DNA of 64,000 nucleotides from Octopus sinensis (Eukaryota): NCBI RefSeq assembly GCF_006345805.1, contig NC_043017.1, positions 29,822,001 to 29,886,000 of the forward strand, read 5' to 3'. Shown piece by piece: positions 12,275 to 26,836 of this stretch (position 1 is its first letter; each line of letters starts with the position of its first letter). The notes under the pieces were generated by a model. It saw only the letters and a program-made list of their open reading frames with translations, ran no database searches and was not told where the DNA came from. The position numbers and the translations under genes were made by a program.

Positions 12275-12410
12275 GACAGGTGTAGGATCAACAAGCAAGT
12301 GTATTAGCTTAACACTCGAAAAATGGCAGTCTTTTATGTTTCGCAAATCCATTCTTCGATAGAAAGGAGTAAGAAAAATACAGGGAGAAAGAAAAAAACC
12401 TCTTAAGTTC
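12275..12410 (-). mobile_element. Penelope-LTR-like family 2 copy (degenerate hammerhead at 12331-12366)
   Basis: Homologous to 42755-42885 (gacaggtgt...gtcttttatgtttcg...cttc...gaaag). Confidence 0.55.
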
Positions 12411-13152
12411 AGTGTCCTATCTATCTATGTATCTATCTATCTATGTATGTTCATACCTACCTACCTGTCTCGTAGTATATCACTCTCTCTACCTATGAAT
12501 GTATGCATGTATTTATGTATGTATGTATCAACCTTCCTACCTATATATATATATCTACTTACCTATCTATCTATCTACCTTTCTCTTTGCACATACACAT
12601 ACATACATAAATACACACACACACACACATATATATATATGACAATGATTTCGATGAAAATGGTGGTTGCACAGCGAAGGTGTTGAATGACGAAGATGAT
12701 ATTGGTGAAGATTTAATAAAAATCTGAAGATGATGAGGATCAGGATTACAATAATGATGACGAAATGTATGACACTTGGTTAAACCGTTAAAATCGGATG
12801 ACATTGATGTCAAATCATAATTTCGTTCTTGGATATTTGATAAAACTATTCCAGTAAATCCTGATGTATATTACCAAAAAACTCTATATTTCGATATTAA
12901 AAAGAATTATGGATTGTCAGTGGCATTGGCAGACCCGGGAAATATTACCTTTTTTTACAGTTATTAAATTAGCTACGGACCTTGATGTTCTGAGTTCATA
13001 TCCAGATGGGGTTTGTTTTCCTCTGTTCCTTTTGGTGACAATTTATTAAAGTAGCAATCAAGTAACTCGCTCGATTAAATAAGCTTATCTAATTAGTTCA
13101 ACATTTTTGTCATAAATCCGTAACAATTATTATGATTATCATTTCTGTTATG

Positions 13153-13700
13153 GTACCAGGCAGTGGCTCTCATGGCTTCTGATCTTAACTGATTGGAAAT
13201 GTCATCATGTACATTGTTTTGTCTTGCTACAGCAAATATTCTGCTCAATACCACAGATTTGCTTGTCAGTTGTTTGACCATAACCAGTTGAGCATGTCCC
13301 TCAGTGGCTGACGATATGTGCATCTCTGATCACGAGCAGAAGTAGTGGGGGAGCATCATAGCCATGTGTTGAAAGGGATTCTTTGGGGTTTGAATAATTC
13401 ACCTCTGGAAACATGGGTGGTTCTTTCAACATCCTTAAACAACCCTTATTCAGGGACCTTTTGAGCGGGATGGGCTACTCAACCTGAGGAAAATTCTAAC
13501 TGGGCTCCACCTGCAAGGTCATGTGCTGTTTATCTTGATATGAGATCACCATGTCGCGCACATATGGTTGTGATGCATGTGCCTGGTGTACCCTTATCAG
13601 ACGGGTAGTCATGATGGGTATATTGGGCTTCGTATATTTTACCCCAGTGTCACTTTGATGGCATGCACTGCTCTCTCACTCAATAATAATAATAATAATA
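13153..13700 (-). mobile_element. ~550 bp interspersed repeat flanked by (AAT)n
   Basis: Reverse-complement homologue of 30527-31030 over its whole length; trinucleotide tracts at both ends; class not determined. Confidence 0.8.
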
Positions 13701-13795
13701 GAGCATCACAACAAATCACAGCACATACCCAAGGCATACAGAGCTGCGCTCGGTACTGAAGTGAAAGCACGTTATAAAAATAAAACTACTGAATG

Positions 13796-13828
<33 letters not shown>

Positions 13829-14059
13829 GTGATCATCATCATAATCTTCTGCAGCAGAGTATATTCATTATTTCTCTGATAATTTAACAATGGGACGAAG
13901 ATTGAATATCATAGGCTTTCAATATCAATAGGGCTAAATTGAAAACTTAATAAATATAAACCCCTGATCAACAGCCAGGTTAGAGAGTATTGTTGTTGCA
14001 CATAGAGAGCAGATAATTAGATAGAATGCTGAAGTAAAAGTAAGGAAGAGCCAAAACGA

Positions 14060-14300
14060 ATTGAGGCATGCAAGTCAGCACACTCATTCCTATATTCCAG
14101 AAGTCACTGAAACGGATTCTGAATGACGCTGTTAAAGTAGCTTTAATTATCTAAACCAGCTGAGAAGTATTGATGAAAGCGTTTGCTGTATAGCTGGAAA
14201 TGCATTATAGTACGGAGTTAGCTGACGCCAAGTTAAAGATAGGGTATATCGTAGTGGAAAAGAATGGTATTAATTTACTTGCTGATCAGAGTGTTGGGAG
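14060..14300 (+). pseudogene. Possible highly decayed hAT (Charlie/Buster-like) transposase fragment
   Basis: Reads RHA...P.SLKRILNDAVKV with stops and frameshifts, like 'HRHALA.K.LP.SLK.VLNDAVKVVNFIK' in ZBED/Charlie transposases (recall). Confidence 0.3.
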
Positions 14301-14860
14301 GGAAAAACTTGTATCAGGAAAGCATATTAACTGAACATGAATGTGGAACATCAAAAGCATTACGAAACGAGAAAGAAAAATGCGAATTATTGGTCAGCGT
14401 CGTATATTTCTCTCTTGGGGAAGCAGATGTTTTCATGGAATGTTTGTCAAGTAGAAAGAGAAGCCCGTGTATTCATTCATTCTTTGTTTATAAAATCCAA
14501 AGAGAACCTGCTAATCAGATATCTATTGAATCTTGCCAGCTGCCGATATAACTGTGATGCAAAGAAAGAATTTCCGTTTATCTTGCACGGTCTGCGAACG
14601 TGGCCAACAATAAATTAACACAACGGATTAAGATGCATATTCTGTTTAAATTCACTTAGACACCATTACTATTTTTACGCGAAAATAGGAAATTAATGCT
14701 CACAGAGATTTCCAGAGAATTTCCAAACATACTTATTAATGATTGCATCTTAAACAAAATTTCTTTTATTTTCGTTGTTATCTCGTTTAAAAAAAAAACA
14801 GAATTAAAACAGAAGAAAAAAATAAACTGTTAGAACATTTCTCTCCAAGTATATCCATAG

Positions 14861-14892
<32 letters not shown>

Positions 14893-15329
14893 TCAACGTT
14901 ATCCTATCCTAATATCTCAATACATTGTTTACACGAACCGACTATAAATAAAACAATATTATAGCCGAGACATTTACTATTTCATTATTATCCGACATTT
15001 GATTATTTATAGATGGCAACAGCCAATGAGTTAATCGTCTAATACTTTCAATCCGCAAACATTTAAAGTTTATTAGCCTCCGGATTTAATTTTACGTCAA
15101 AAATCTTTAAAAAAAAAAACCAAAAGAAAAACCCCAGACAAATCAAATAAAAATATGCTCCCAACTATCACATGTGATCCTCCGCTTTAGTGTATCTTTA
15201 TTGTAGACAACAAATCCGATGTTGTAGCGTGAGAAGTTCGTTAAAACTAGATTGAAATCTGAAGGCTGATAAGAAAATAAGTCATTTAGGAATAAGTGAA
15301 TTACCATAATCTCACAAATGATTAAATAT

Positions 15330-15870
<541 letters not shown>

Positions 15871-15879
15871 TATGTACTC

Positions 15880-16295
15880 TTATTCGTTTACTTGTTTCAG
15901 CCATTTGACTGCGGCCATGCTGAAGTACCGCCTTTAGTCGAAGAGATCAACCCCAGGACTTATTCTTTGTAGGCCTAGTACTTATTCTATCGGTCTCTTT
16001 TGCCGAACCGCTAATTTACGAAACGTAAACACACCAATGTCTTTAGTCAATCGATGGGGGGGGGGCACAAACACAGATACACAAATACACATAAACGCTC
16101 ACATACACACATACACGCGCACACACATATGCATGTATATAGGACGGGCTTCTTTCAGTTTCTGTCTACCAATTTCCCTCACAAAGCTTTGGTTGGCTCG
16201 AGGCTGTAGAGATGACAGTCGGGGAAGGTGCCACGCAATGGAACTGAACCAGGAACCATGAGTTTGGGAACAAGCTTCACGCCTACATTGCCACT
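15880..16295 (-). mobile_element. SINE family A, near-full copy
   Basis: Collinear with 18370-18765 and 56742-57135; an additional 3' fragment follows at ~16330-16460. Confidence 0.85.
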
Positions 16296-16485
16296 TCTGC
16301 GCCTATATACCTTTTATCTGTCCCTTCTTTCAGTCATTGGCCTGCGGCCATGCTAGGGCGCCATTTTAGTCGAATGTATTAATCCCAGTAGTTATTCCTT
16401 TTATAACTTGGTAATTATTCTATCGGGCCTTTTTCCACACAGCTAACTTATGGGGACGTAGTCTTAGCAAACCAATCAACCCCTA

Positions 16486-16647
16486 TTACTGAAGAAATTC
16501 CCGCTTGCGAAATCCACAGAAACCACATTTTTGATCGCTGTTATAGCTACATCGTTGAAGAAGCGTGCAGATGATAGCAACAAATATAATTATCCATCTT
16601 TTACAGATTGGATGAATAGAGCATACACGGTTGACTGGTAATAACAT
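16486..16647 (-). CDS. Candidate 53-aa signal-peptide-like ORF or first coding exon
   Basis: MLLPVNRVCSIHPICKRWIIIFVAIICTLLQRCSYNSDQKCGFCGFRKREFLQ*; strong acceptor ttctttcgtttcctctctcatcag| 23 nt upstream of the ATG (exon start 16670). No family recognised. Confidence 0.25.
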   Translation of the reverse strand: MLLPVNRVCSIHPICKRWIIIFVAIICTLLQRCSYNSDQKCGFCGFRKREFLQ

Positions 16648-18369
16648 TGCATGCAACAACGGTGAGGTACCTGATGAGAGAGGAAACGAAAGAACAGGGT
16701 GGAACTATATGAATTTTCTTCTGAGTGTTTTAATCGCAAACATGGAGAAAATTGTATTTCGTTTACTCGGTTCAAATCCGACTAAAACTCGACTGGTTTC
16801 CACGTAACTCGAAAAGACATGACGTCTGCAGCCACACATTAAACACAATAAATCAGTGCAAGAAGCAGTGATGGAATCCTTTCATTTCTAATCAGCTGAA
16901 GACATTCATTACCAAGTATCGAAGTAATACTTTCCATAATATTAATTTGATATACAGAGAGCCGTCGCAGTGGCAAAATCATTAGCTTATCGTTCAAAAT
17001 GTTTAGCGATATTTCGTCCTTCTTTACGCTCTTAGTTTATAATCGGCCGAGATTTTTGCCTTTCGTCCGTTCGGAGTCGATAAAATAAATGCCAATTGAG
17101 CACTGGGATGGATGTAATATACATGCCACTCCCCTGAAAATATTCTCGTTGTGGAAAAATTGAAGGCAATATAATATACAAAGAAAAAAAAAAGAAGACA
17201 GACTGACAGAAAAGAAGAGGTAGATGTAACAGATGGAAACATGCAGATACAGGAAGATAAAATGAGATTGTTCAGAGAGAACCTGAGCAAAACGACATCT
17301 TTTGGAGACATCATATAAATACGTATGTGTATATATGTGTGTGTACCTACAGATACACACGCATACACATGCATAATTTAACATGATTCTATTGCTATCA
17401 CATTTGTGTGTTTGTGCTTTATCATCACGTCCTGAATTTTATGAATGTCAACATTGTTTCACATCCAAAACAGCAAAACACAATGCTAAATGCAACATTT
17501 CTAAAGAATGATATACGTTAGCGAATGACAATAAAAGTCTTTCTTTATTTTAAAAATATTGTTGATGAGGATTTTATGGAAACACGGTAGCGTGTTATCT
17601 ACGATTTGTTTCTGAACACAAACTCTGCAAGATATAATTTGCCAAGAGTAGCTTGCTTCAAATTCAACAAAGCGAAACCCGTTTATGTGTACTGCATCAG
17701 TAAACTTCCGAATGTGTGTTTCGTAAATTAATCGAAGCAAAAAAATGGAAGCAAAGATATTTTTCTAAAACGAATAGTATATTACATTATTATGTTGTTG
17801 CAATGGTTTTATTTAGTTATTTGTTGTATGACTTATAATTTAGTTAAAATTATTTGTGATGTTTACGAATCTTTTATGAATGTGATTAAACAACTTTATA
17901 TGCAGTCAACTACAACCGAAAAATCCTTTTAACATGGAGAAACTCAACAACATACAACGTCTATGTAATTTAATAGCCGTCTTATAGGCGACGCAACGAT
18001 TCATTTCATACTTTGAACTAATCACCATTGTTTACTGTATATAACCGAAAAACAGGACTCAATATCACATTTGTAAATATGTTGTTACTATGCATATGTA
18101 TATAGCTTCGAGAGAACTAAGTTATATCAAAATTACACACGTAGATGTGTTTACACATTACAGCTACGTTATAAAATTTACATAGCTATACATGACAAAC
18201 GTAGACATGGTTATTTATCTACTCATATAAGATAGCAGTTTTACAGCAATAAAAGAGTTGCGCCATGGAACTTCAACATGGTCACTAAATAGCTAGAAAT
18301 AACAGCTAAAGCTGTTTCACATTGGACCTTACAAAGTTATAAAGGGCATTGGATAAAATCCTCATATTT

Positions 18370-18765
18370 ACTCTTACTTGTTTCAGTCATTTGACTGCGG
18401 CCATGCTGGAGCATCGCCTTTAGTCGAGCAAATCGACCCCAGGACTTATTTTTGTAAGCCCAGTACTTATTCTATTGGTCTCTTTTGCCGAACCGCTAAG
18501 TGACGGGGACGTAAACACACCAGCATCAAGCAATGCTAGGGGGACAAACACACACACAAAAACACACACATACACACACATATATATATATCTACATATA
18601 TACGACAAGCTTCTTTCAGTTTCCGTCTACCAAATCCACTCACAAGGCATTGGTCGGCCCGGGGCTATAGCAGAAGACACTTGCCCAAGATGCCACACAG
18701 TGGGACTGAACCCGGAACCATGTGATTGGTAAGCAAGCTACTTACCACTCAGCCACTCTTGCGCC
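18370..18765 (-). mobile_element. SINE family A (tRNA head, CORE-like segment; probably octopus OR-type)
   Basis: Full copy: head ggcgcaagagtggctgagtggtaag...gttccgggttcag, CORE-like ...ttgggcaagtgtcttc..., internal (TA)(TG), 3' tail ...cagcatggccgcagtcaaatgactgaaac. Confidence 0.9.
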
Positions 18766-18813
<48 letters not shown>

Positions 18814-19609
18814 CATACATAATTGATGAATAACCTGATAACTGAAATCAAAAATGGATGATCACTGCTTGCTTACATTTGATGTTAGGCTCCGTTTAGT
18901 CAAGACAGTCCTAGGAAAACTATAACACTAGTAAACGGTTAACAAAACGCAATATTCTACTTCCAAGAACATAGCATATCAGTATTTATAGAAAATTCTG
19001 TGTAAAGTATCAAATATTTTCTGTCAAGAGCGGTCTCAAGTGCATAATATGTAAATTATTCTGCTCTTTTTCAGTTAGGCATGACAGAAGGTTGAGCATT
19101 TCTAATCCTCGGAGTAGAAACCAACTAACTATGAAAGCTATCAGTACTATCTATTTTATACTTTTCCAAGCAATTATAAGACGTATTGATATCTGTGCTG
19201 AGACACACCACAATCGGTCATTTTCTTCAAATGAATCTTAGATACTAAGGCAAAGATACAAAGCTAATCTAGAGATAAAATGATATCAATTTCTATGAAT
19301 GTAAGATATATGCATTAGTTTGGACAAAACACGTAAGTTGACGTTTAGGTTGAATTTCAGAAACTATCGACAAATTATTAGTTCATGGACAGATAGATTA
19401 CTGGCAGAGAACATCTCAAAAAATGAATAAGAACCTATGGAACAGTTTATGGTAATCACTTTATTTTTCTGCATACAAAGAGAAGAAACAAGATATAATC
19501 GCATTTGTTTATATTCCATAGAAAAAGCTTAAAAAAATTTGACTTAACTAGATTAAATTTATCTTCTATCAGGTACTCGGTGTGTTGGCTCTTAATATCA
19601 ATATATGAA

Positions 19610-20132
19610 CTACATATATATATATATTATATATATACACAACACACACACACACAATATATATACACACACACACACACACATATATATATACACACAC
19701 AACACACATAATATATATACACACACACATATATATATATATACACACACATATATATTATATATACACACACACACTATATATATATACACCACACATA
19801 TATATATATATACACACACCACATATATATACCACACACATATATATATACACACATATATATATATAACACACATATATATTACACACACACATATATA
19901 TACACACATATATATATACACACACACATATATATATATACCACATACACATATATACCAACACACACACACACATATATATACACACACACACCACACA
20001 TATATACACACACACACACATATATATATATACACACACATATATATATATATACACACACACATATATATATATATACACACACAAACACACACACAGA
20101 TATATATATATAATACACACACACACATATAT

Positions 20133-20163
<31 letters not shown>

Positions 20164-20390
20164 TATACACAACACACACATATACACCAACATATACACA
20201 CACACATATATACACACAACACACATATACATACACACACCACACACACATATATCACCACACACAACACATATATAACACACACCACACACACTATATA
20301 CAACACACACACACATATATACACACACACACACATATATATATACACACACACACACACACATACACACACACACACACACACATATAT

Positions 20391-20439
<49 letters not shown>

Positions 20440-20440
20440 A
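19610..20440. repeat. ~830 bp compound (CA)n/(TA)n microsatellite
   Basis: Directly visible. Confidence 0.97.
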
Positions 20441-20929
20441 TTGTTTACAGGGTGATTTGGAAAGATGCAGTACAAAAAAAACTTCATATAATAATCATTC
20501 TTAAATATATTTCTTTCCATTATTTGTTCATTTGACTCAACTCTCTGAAAGAATTTTTCAATTTTAAATAAGATTAATTTTTAAGACGTTCCGGTTGCAT
20601 TTTTTTTCAGGTTTAAGTTCTTTAATATTTCAAGTTTTATCATTGTGAATATTGTTCCTATTATGATTATTATTATTAGTAGTAGTATTTAGTATTATTG
20701 GCATTATTATTATTCTCATTTTATTTTGTATTTGATATGAATCATTTTATTAAACCTACAGGGATTTTCTCGTTCATTTTTTCATGTATTTTTAAAGAGA
20801 TGTTAGTTGATACGACATTCTTATTCAATTTAGAAAATATGGTTTCCTTTTGAAACCTTATCAATAACTTAATTATCAGCATGTCAAGTTATTAACTGCA
20901 GTCATTTAATTTTTTCATTCATTTCGCTT

Positions 20930-20931
20930 CA

Positions 20932-20966
<35 letters not shown>

Positions 20967-21320
20967 CACACACACATACATACATAATATATATACACAC
21001 ACACACACACACATACATAATATATATATACACACACACACACACACATAATATATATATACACATACATAATGTATATATATACGCATACATAATGTAT
21101 ATATATACGCATACATAATGTATATATATACGCATACATAATATATATATATACACATACATAATATATATATACACATACATAATATATATATACACAT
21201 ACATAATATATATATATATATACACATACAATATATATATATAGATAAATATATATTTGTGTATATATACGCGTACACACAGAGATACAGAGACACGAAC
21301 ACACACACACACAACTCATA
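20930..21320. repeat. Compound (CA)/(TA) array with higher-order units
   Basis: Repeated cacatacataat(at)n units. Confidence 0.95.
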
Positions 21321-21569
21321 TATACACGCATACACCTCACAAAATGTGAAATTTAGTCTTTGTTTCTGTATATATTTTTTAATCGTATAAATAATTGATA
21401 AGGATTTGCTATTTACGCACACGCAACCAGCATGCAGAAAGACAAAGTAAATACATTATACATATATATACACACACACACATATATATATAGGGTTTTA
21501 TGCTTTTACTTCTTTTAGCTCGAGAGCTGCGTCCATGCTGGTGCTACACTTTCATTACTTCAGTCCACT

Positions 21570-22200
21570 GATATATGGAATCTGCTGAATGAGAGTGATG
21601 TTGCTGCCCTCAGATGCGTTTCCTGACGAAAGGGTACATTCATATACAACTCTTGACAAGAAGGGTACCAGTGTTTTTCAAAAACACTTACATACTCTCC
21701 ATATAGGTATCTCAGGCTTTGGGGAAGTATACTGAAGTGTTGTGATCCTTTATCTTGATGGCGGTGTTGGGATCTCTGCTGCTTTTGTAACTTTCAATGA
21801 CAGAGTTGCGTAGACGTCCTTCCAGGATTTCCCAGTTGTATATCACAGCATATCTTTCCAGACATCGTTCCCGATAGTTGGCCTATCGCACTCAGTCAAT
21901 ATTCTTTGCATAGCTTCGATATATTGCTTCGTGATCTGCTATTAACTTTATACTGAGCGGTGTGGCCATATATGGACGCAGCAATCTAAGCGGCTGGGGA
22001 AAAATGTCCTCCAAGAAAACCATGAAGGCTTTCTTTTCTCTCGTTATGCAAGTTCGAAGGATCCATCAGGCCAGCCTCTTTCACAATATTGACAATTTGG
22101 AAAGTTGCATTATCACTCATGTCAACGCCCATATCGAACATTGATATATAAATTCAAGGATTGTGATCCATCCTTGGTTAGTGTATCCTGTCTGCATTTC
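21570..22200 (-). mobile_element. Decayed CR1-clade LINE, 3' end of ORF2
   Basis: Piecewise minus-strand translation: VRDMGVDMSDNATF..., RLDCCVHIWP, ERCLERYAVIYNWEILEG, FLSRVVYE...QETHLRAATS, matching CR1 RT C-terminal motifs (DLGV, LERRR.RY..IY.WKIL). Confidence 0.75.
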
Positions 22201-22873
22201 ATTTAAATCTGTGATCTGGTAGCGTAAAATCTGGAAAGTTCCAGTAAGAAACTACGATCCCTATTGATCAAAATTCGACCCACTTTTTTATTCTTTTTTC
22301 CCTTCTTCCCAAAAAGAAACGCTCTACTTTGTATTTTGTCCCCTCTGTGTTCGGCCCCGTGTGGCCAATAAAGAAACATAGACACAAAGCGAATTCACAC
22401 ACACACACACACACACAGATATGTATAAATATATGGCTGTAATACGTGGAGGTCTGGTTTTGCTCATTCTTTTTGATATGTTCCATCCGCTTACAGTCAA
22501 CAATATATCTGTCTCTACTGTCGTGGCCTACCAGAATTTCTGGAACGTACAAAGGCTGCCTTTTTGGTATACACGCACAAATACAGACAAAGATGAATGC
22601 AACACACGCACGCACAGAAGTATATATATATATATACATACACACACACACACATACAGTTGAAACACTCTTGTCTCAACTTAAGACCTTGAAGACTGCT
22701 TTAATGGAAGAAAGTATACTAGTCCCTTAATATTTGATATTCAATATTTCATCTATTCAATAAGACAATACTTCATTTAATTTACTATATATACTATTTA
22801 TACTATATATTCTATATTCTTCATTAATATTATAAAGAATATAAATAAAACAAAAACAAGTTGGACTTCCATT

Positions 22874-22921
<48 letters not shown>

Positions 22922-23479
22922 CATACATACACTCATGTAGATTACAAAGACGAGGAATATTTAGTTTGCGTAGTCTTTTTTATCAGTTGCTCGAAAATGC
23001 TGATTTAGTATATATTTTATTGTGTCTTTGGTTCGTATTGCTGTCACTGTAGAGAATGTTTGAAAATCGGAATCCCGTGGAATTCCTAAACTTTGAAGAA
23101 CAGTGTATATACATGTGTGAATGTGTATGTACGTGAGTAAGTATGTGTGCGTGTTTGTGAAAACAGACAGCCGTAAAGTCACTTGACAGTTAATTATCTA
23201 AATATGAAAAAGGAAAACATTTTTCTTGTGATCTTTAAAAATTCCCCAGCAATGTTTACCTTCCTTTTTTTCTTTACTTTCGTTTTATGCTCTTTGGCCG
23301 TCTTTGATTTCAATCGCAGACTGTTTTACTTGCTGTGATAATGTTTTTCTTACATTCGTTTCAAAACTACGAGCCCATTATGAGTAAACAGAGTACATAT
23401 GGTAATACAACAAACTAGAAACTGTATATCATTGTCTTCATATATATATCTTACGTATGTCTTAGACTTTTGCGACGTC

Positions 23480-23643
23480 AGTATCCTCATGCTGAGAATT
23501 CCAATGTACTTGTATTGTATTTTTTTCGGTTTAAGGTTGCTTGCTCACGTTTCCATAACTCACAGCCTTGCCTTGCCTTGCTTAGATACCGTTCATTGTT
23601 TTTTTTCAAATTTTCTTTCTTTGTTACAAATGTGCGCATTCAG
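23480..23643 (+). other. Candidate first or 5' exon (Inr-like TCAGT at 23478; donor CAG|GTGAGT at 23643/23644)
   Basis: Perfect donor consensus; alternative acceptor ...ttttttcggtttaag| gives 23536-23643. No transcript evidence. Confidence 0.25.
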
Positions 23644-23949
23644 GTGAGTTTTGTTTTGATGTATGTACGTGGAAGTGCATATATCTATATCTCCATATAT
23701 TAATATTCGTCAGAAACAGTCTTCGCTCACAGATATTCAAATTGATACTGCAAGTTTTTCAGCATCATACATATATATGTGCGTGCGTGTGTGCTTGCTT
23801 GTGTGTGTATGGGTGTGTGCGTATTTTGTTTGTGTCTATGTCTGTATATGTGTGGGTATTTGTGTTATTTATATATATTATATATATATTATATATATAT
23901 ATTATATAATATATATATATATATATGTGTTTGTACCAAGATATATTTT

Positions 23950-24143
23950 TTTAGTTTGGTTCAGTCATGACTGCGGCCATGCTGGAGTCCTACCTTTAGC
24001 AGAACAAATCGACTCCAGGACTTACTCTTTGTAATCCCAGTAGTTATTCTATCGGTCTCATTTGCCGAAACGCTATATTGCGGGTACGGGAACACACTCT
24101 CATTGGTTATGAAGCGATGGTGGGGAGACAAACACAGACACAT

Positions 24144-24209
<66 letters not shown>

Positions 24210-24365
24210 TACGACGGACTTCTTTCAGTTTCCGTCTACCAAATCAACTCACAAGGCATTGGTCGACCCGAGGCTGTAGTAGCAGACACTTGCACAAGGT
24301 GCGGTGCAGTGGGACTGAACCCGGAACCCTTGGTAGGTAAGGAAGTTACCACACAGTCATTCCTA
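23950..24365 (-). mobile_element. SINE family A, near-full copy
   Basis: Collinear with 18370-18765. Confidence 0.88.
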
Positions 24366-24421
24366 TGCGTATATACGTATATTCATACCTAAACAAAGAC
24401 ACCCAGCCACATATATATATG

Positions 24422-24452
<31 letters not shown>

Positions 24453-25508
24453 CATCAAGGCATATAGATTGAGTACGTCTGGGCAATAATGTTCATACAC
24501 GAGCGCACACCCATAAGTGAGGTACAGAAAGAGAATGTGTATATGTGAGAAAATGAGAGCGAGAGAGGGAGAGGGCGGGAGGGAGAGAGAGTGTGTGTAT
24601 TACAGAATGCGTATTAAATAACGTTCGAGAGAAAGTTTCTAAAACTGCGTCGTCGCTTGTTTGTGAATGTAACACAGTGTGAAGATAAAAGTGAGATTAA
24701 TGAACTACCACGTACATGAAGCTCGCTCGTTGACCTGTGAATCAATGATTGCTGTTCTTATCGGTTTGCTTTTTTAAGTCATCTCTTAAAGATCAGACCA
24801 CTTTTTGCACCCGGCCTAGTATATAATTTACTTCATCATCGAAAACATAACAACGTACATGTTTATGGTTTTAAATTTAATGAAAAACTTTTTACTATGT
24901 ATCTTACATCTTTCATCTTTTATTTGTTTTTGATGTTGGAATGCGGCTTTGCTGAGGAACTAGCTTGAAGTGTGATGGTCTACCAAATCGAACCCCGAAC
25001 TGGTTTATCTTACGATTGCTACATATACACTCAGTCTCTTTCGCAAAGGCCAAGTTATGCTGTGGTAGACACATCTACACTGATTGTGAAAGAGTGGTGA
25101 TATAAAAGCACAGTCAAAACGGCACACATTTCTATATGATGGGTTTCTTTTAGATTCCCCCAGCGAAATAATTTCACAAAACTTTGGTTGGACTAATAGG
25201 AACTTGAACAAGGTGTCACGCATTGGGACTGGATCCGGATATCAGTGTTTGGAAAGCCTACACCTATATGCGTGACTTAAAAACGTTCGCATGGCCTTAT
25301 GAACAGCTAGAATGCATAGCGAAACACACCTCAGCTCACGACTACTATGAGAGTATATTTATATAACATAAGCATTAAATAATATATATACATATATGCA
25401 TACATGACTGGGCATGTATTTTTTGTGATAATGAGTTTGGTGGTAAGTGTGAGAGTCTAAGAACAGATGAAACAGAGTGTGTAGGAGAAACAAAGAGACA
25501 CACACAAC

Positions 25509-25550
<42 letters not shown>

Positions 25551-25552
<2 letters not shown>

Positions 25553-26591
25553 TAAAAGTTTTATTTTCCAATCACTTTCGGAATTGCAACAATTGGTGCT
25601 TGGAGATTTAACGCTCTTTCTAGCGAGTCTGGTATATATACATACATACATATACACACATACACATTATACATGTATACACATATATACATGCATACAC
25701 AAACATACATACATATATACACATATATCATGCATACACATACATACATACTTATACACATATATACATGCATACACATCCACATACATATATATACACA
25801 TATATACATGCATATATACACATATATACATGCATACACATACATACATACATATATACATATATATATAATATATATATATATATATAACATATATATA
25901 TTTATGAATGGATGGATGGCTACAGAAAAAGAGCATTTCAGCATTGTTTTACACGATGTGATTTATCTGGGGCGAAAAGCAATAGCTACAACACCTCACT
26001 ATTGAATATACCATTTCATTATCTACTTCTGTGTATATTTTCTGTAATTTTTCTCTGTACATAATTTGCGGGTTTTAAATTCACATAATTCAAAACAGTT
26101 GAGAATGTCTGAAGCATTCACCAAATGTTTAAAATATATAATTTCGTATTGTATAAAAACGTGTACTCTAACCAACAAAAATATTTTTATGATTACTTTT
26201 ACCATTCACTTCAAATGTTAGTTGTTCGAAAAGATAATTGTAATAAAAGAACTTTTTTTTTATCATAAACAAAAAGTGTCTGGTTGGAAAGGGGGGAAAA
26301 ATATACTTTTTTGATTCCCGTATATGAAAATGCCAAAACATGGCAAAGCTTGCTTGGCAGACGATACGTATTAGCATGGCGACCATTATGTACATATCTA
26401 CTATGTCGGTTATGTTCACTACAAGAAAGGCTTGCAAATAAATTGAAAATAAATAAATGAGTAAGTAGATCTAAACAATTAAATGCGGAAACATCTAGAT
26501 GCTTCGATGTCAAAAACAATAGAGACAGAAAAGTAGAAACGAGTTCAAATAGGGACTAGAGATCATATATATATATATATATATATCACAC

Positions 26592-26628
<37 letters not shown>

Positions 26629-26665
26629 ATATATATAATATTATATATACAACACACACACACAA

Positions 26666-26697
<32 letters not shown>

Positions 26698-26803
26698 CAC
26701 AATATATATATATATATATACACACACCCCCAAATATATATATATATATATATACACCAACACAACACATATATATATATATTATACACACACACACACA
26801 CAA

Positions 26804-26836
<33 letters not shown>

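Noticed and set aside
16664-16720. CTGATGAG...CGAAA hammerhead-like motif on the plus strand
   Set aside because: No stem I or stem III partner around a valid NUH triplet; better explained as the reverse complement of a polypyrimidine splice acceptor.
19170-19480. Faint hAT-like peptide fragments (IIRRID..., VRY)
   Set aside because: Too short and interrupted to distinguish from chance without a profile search.
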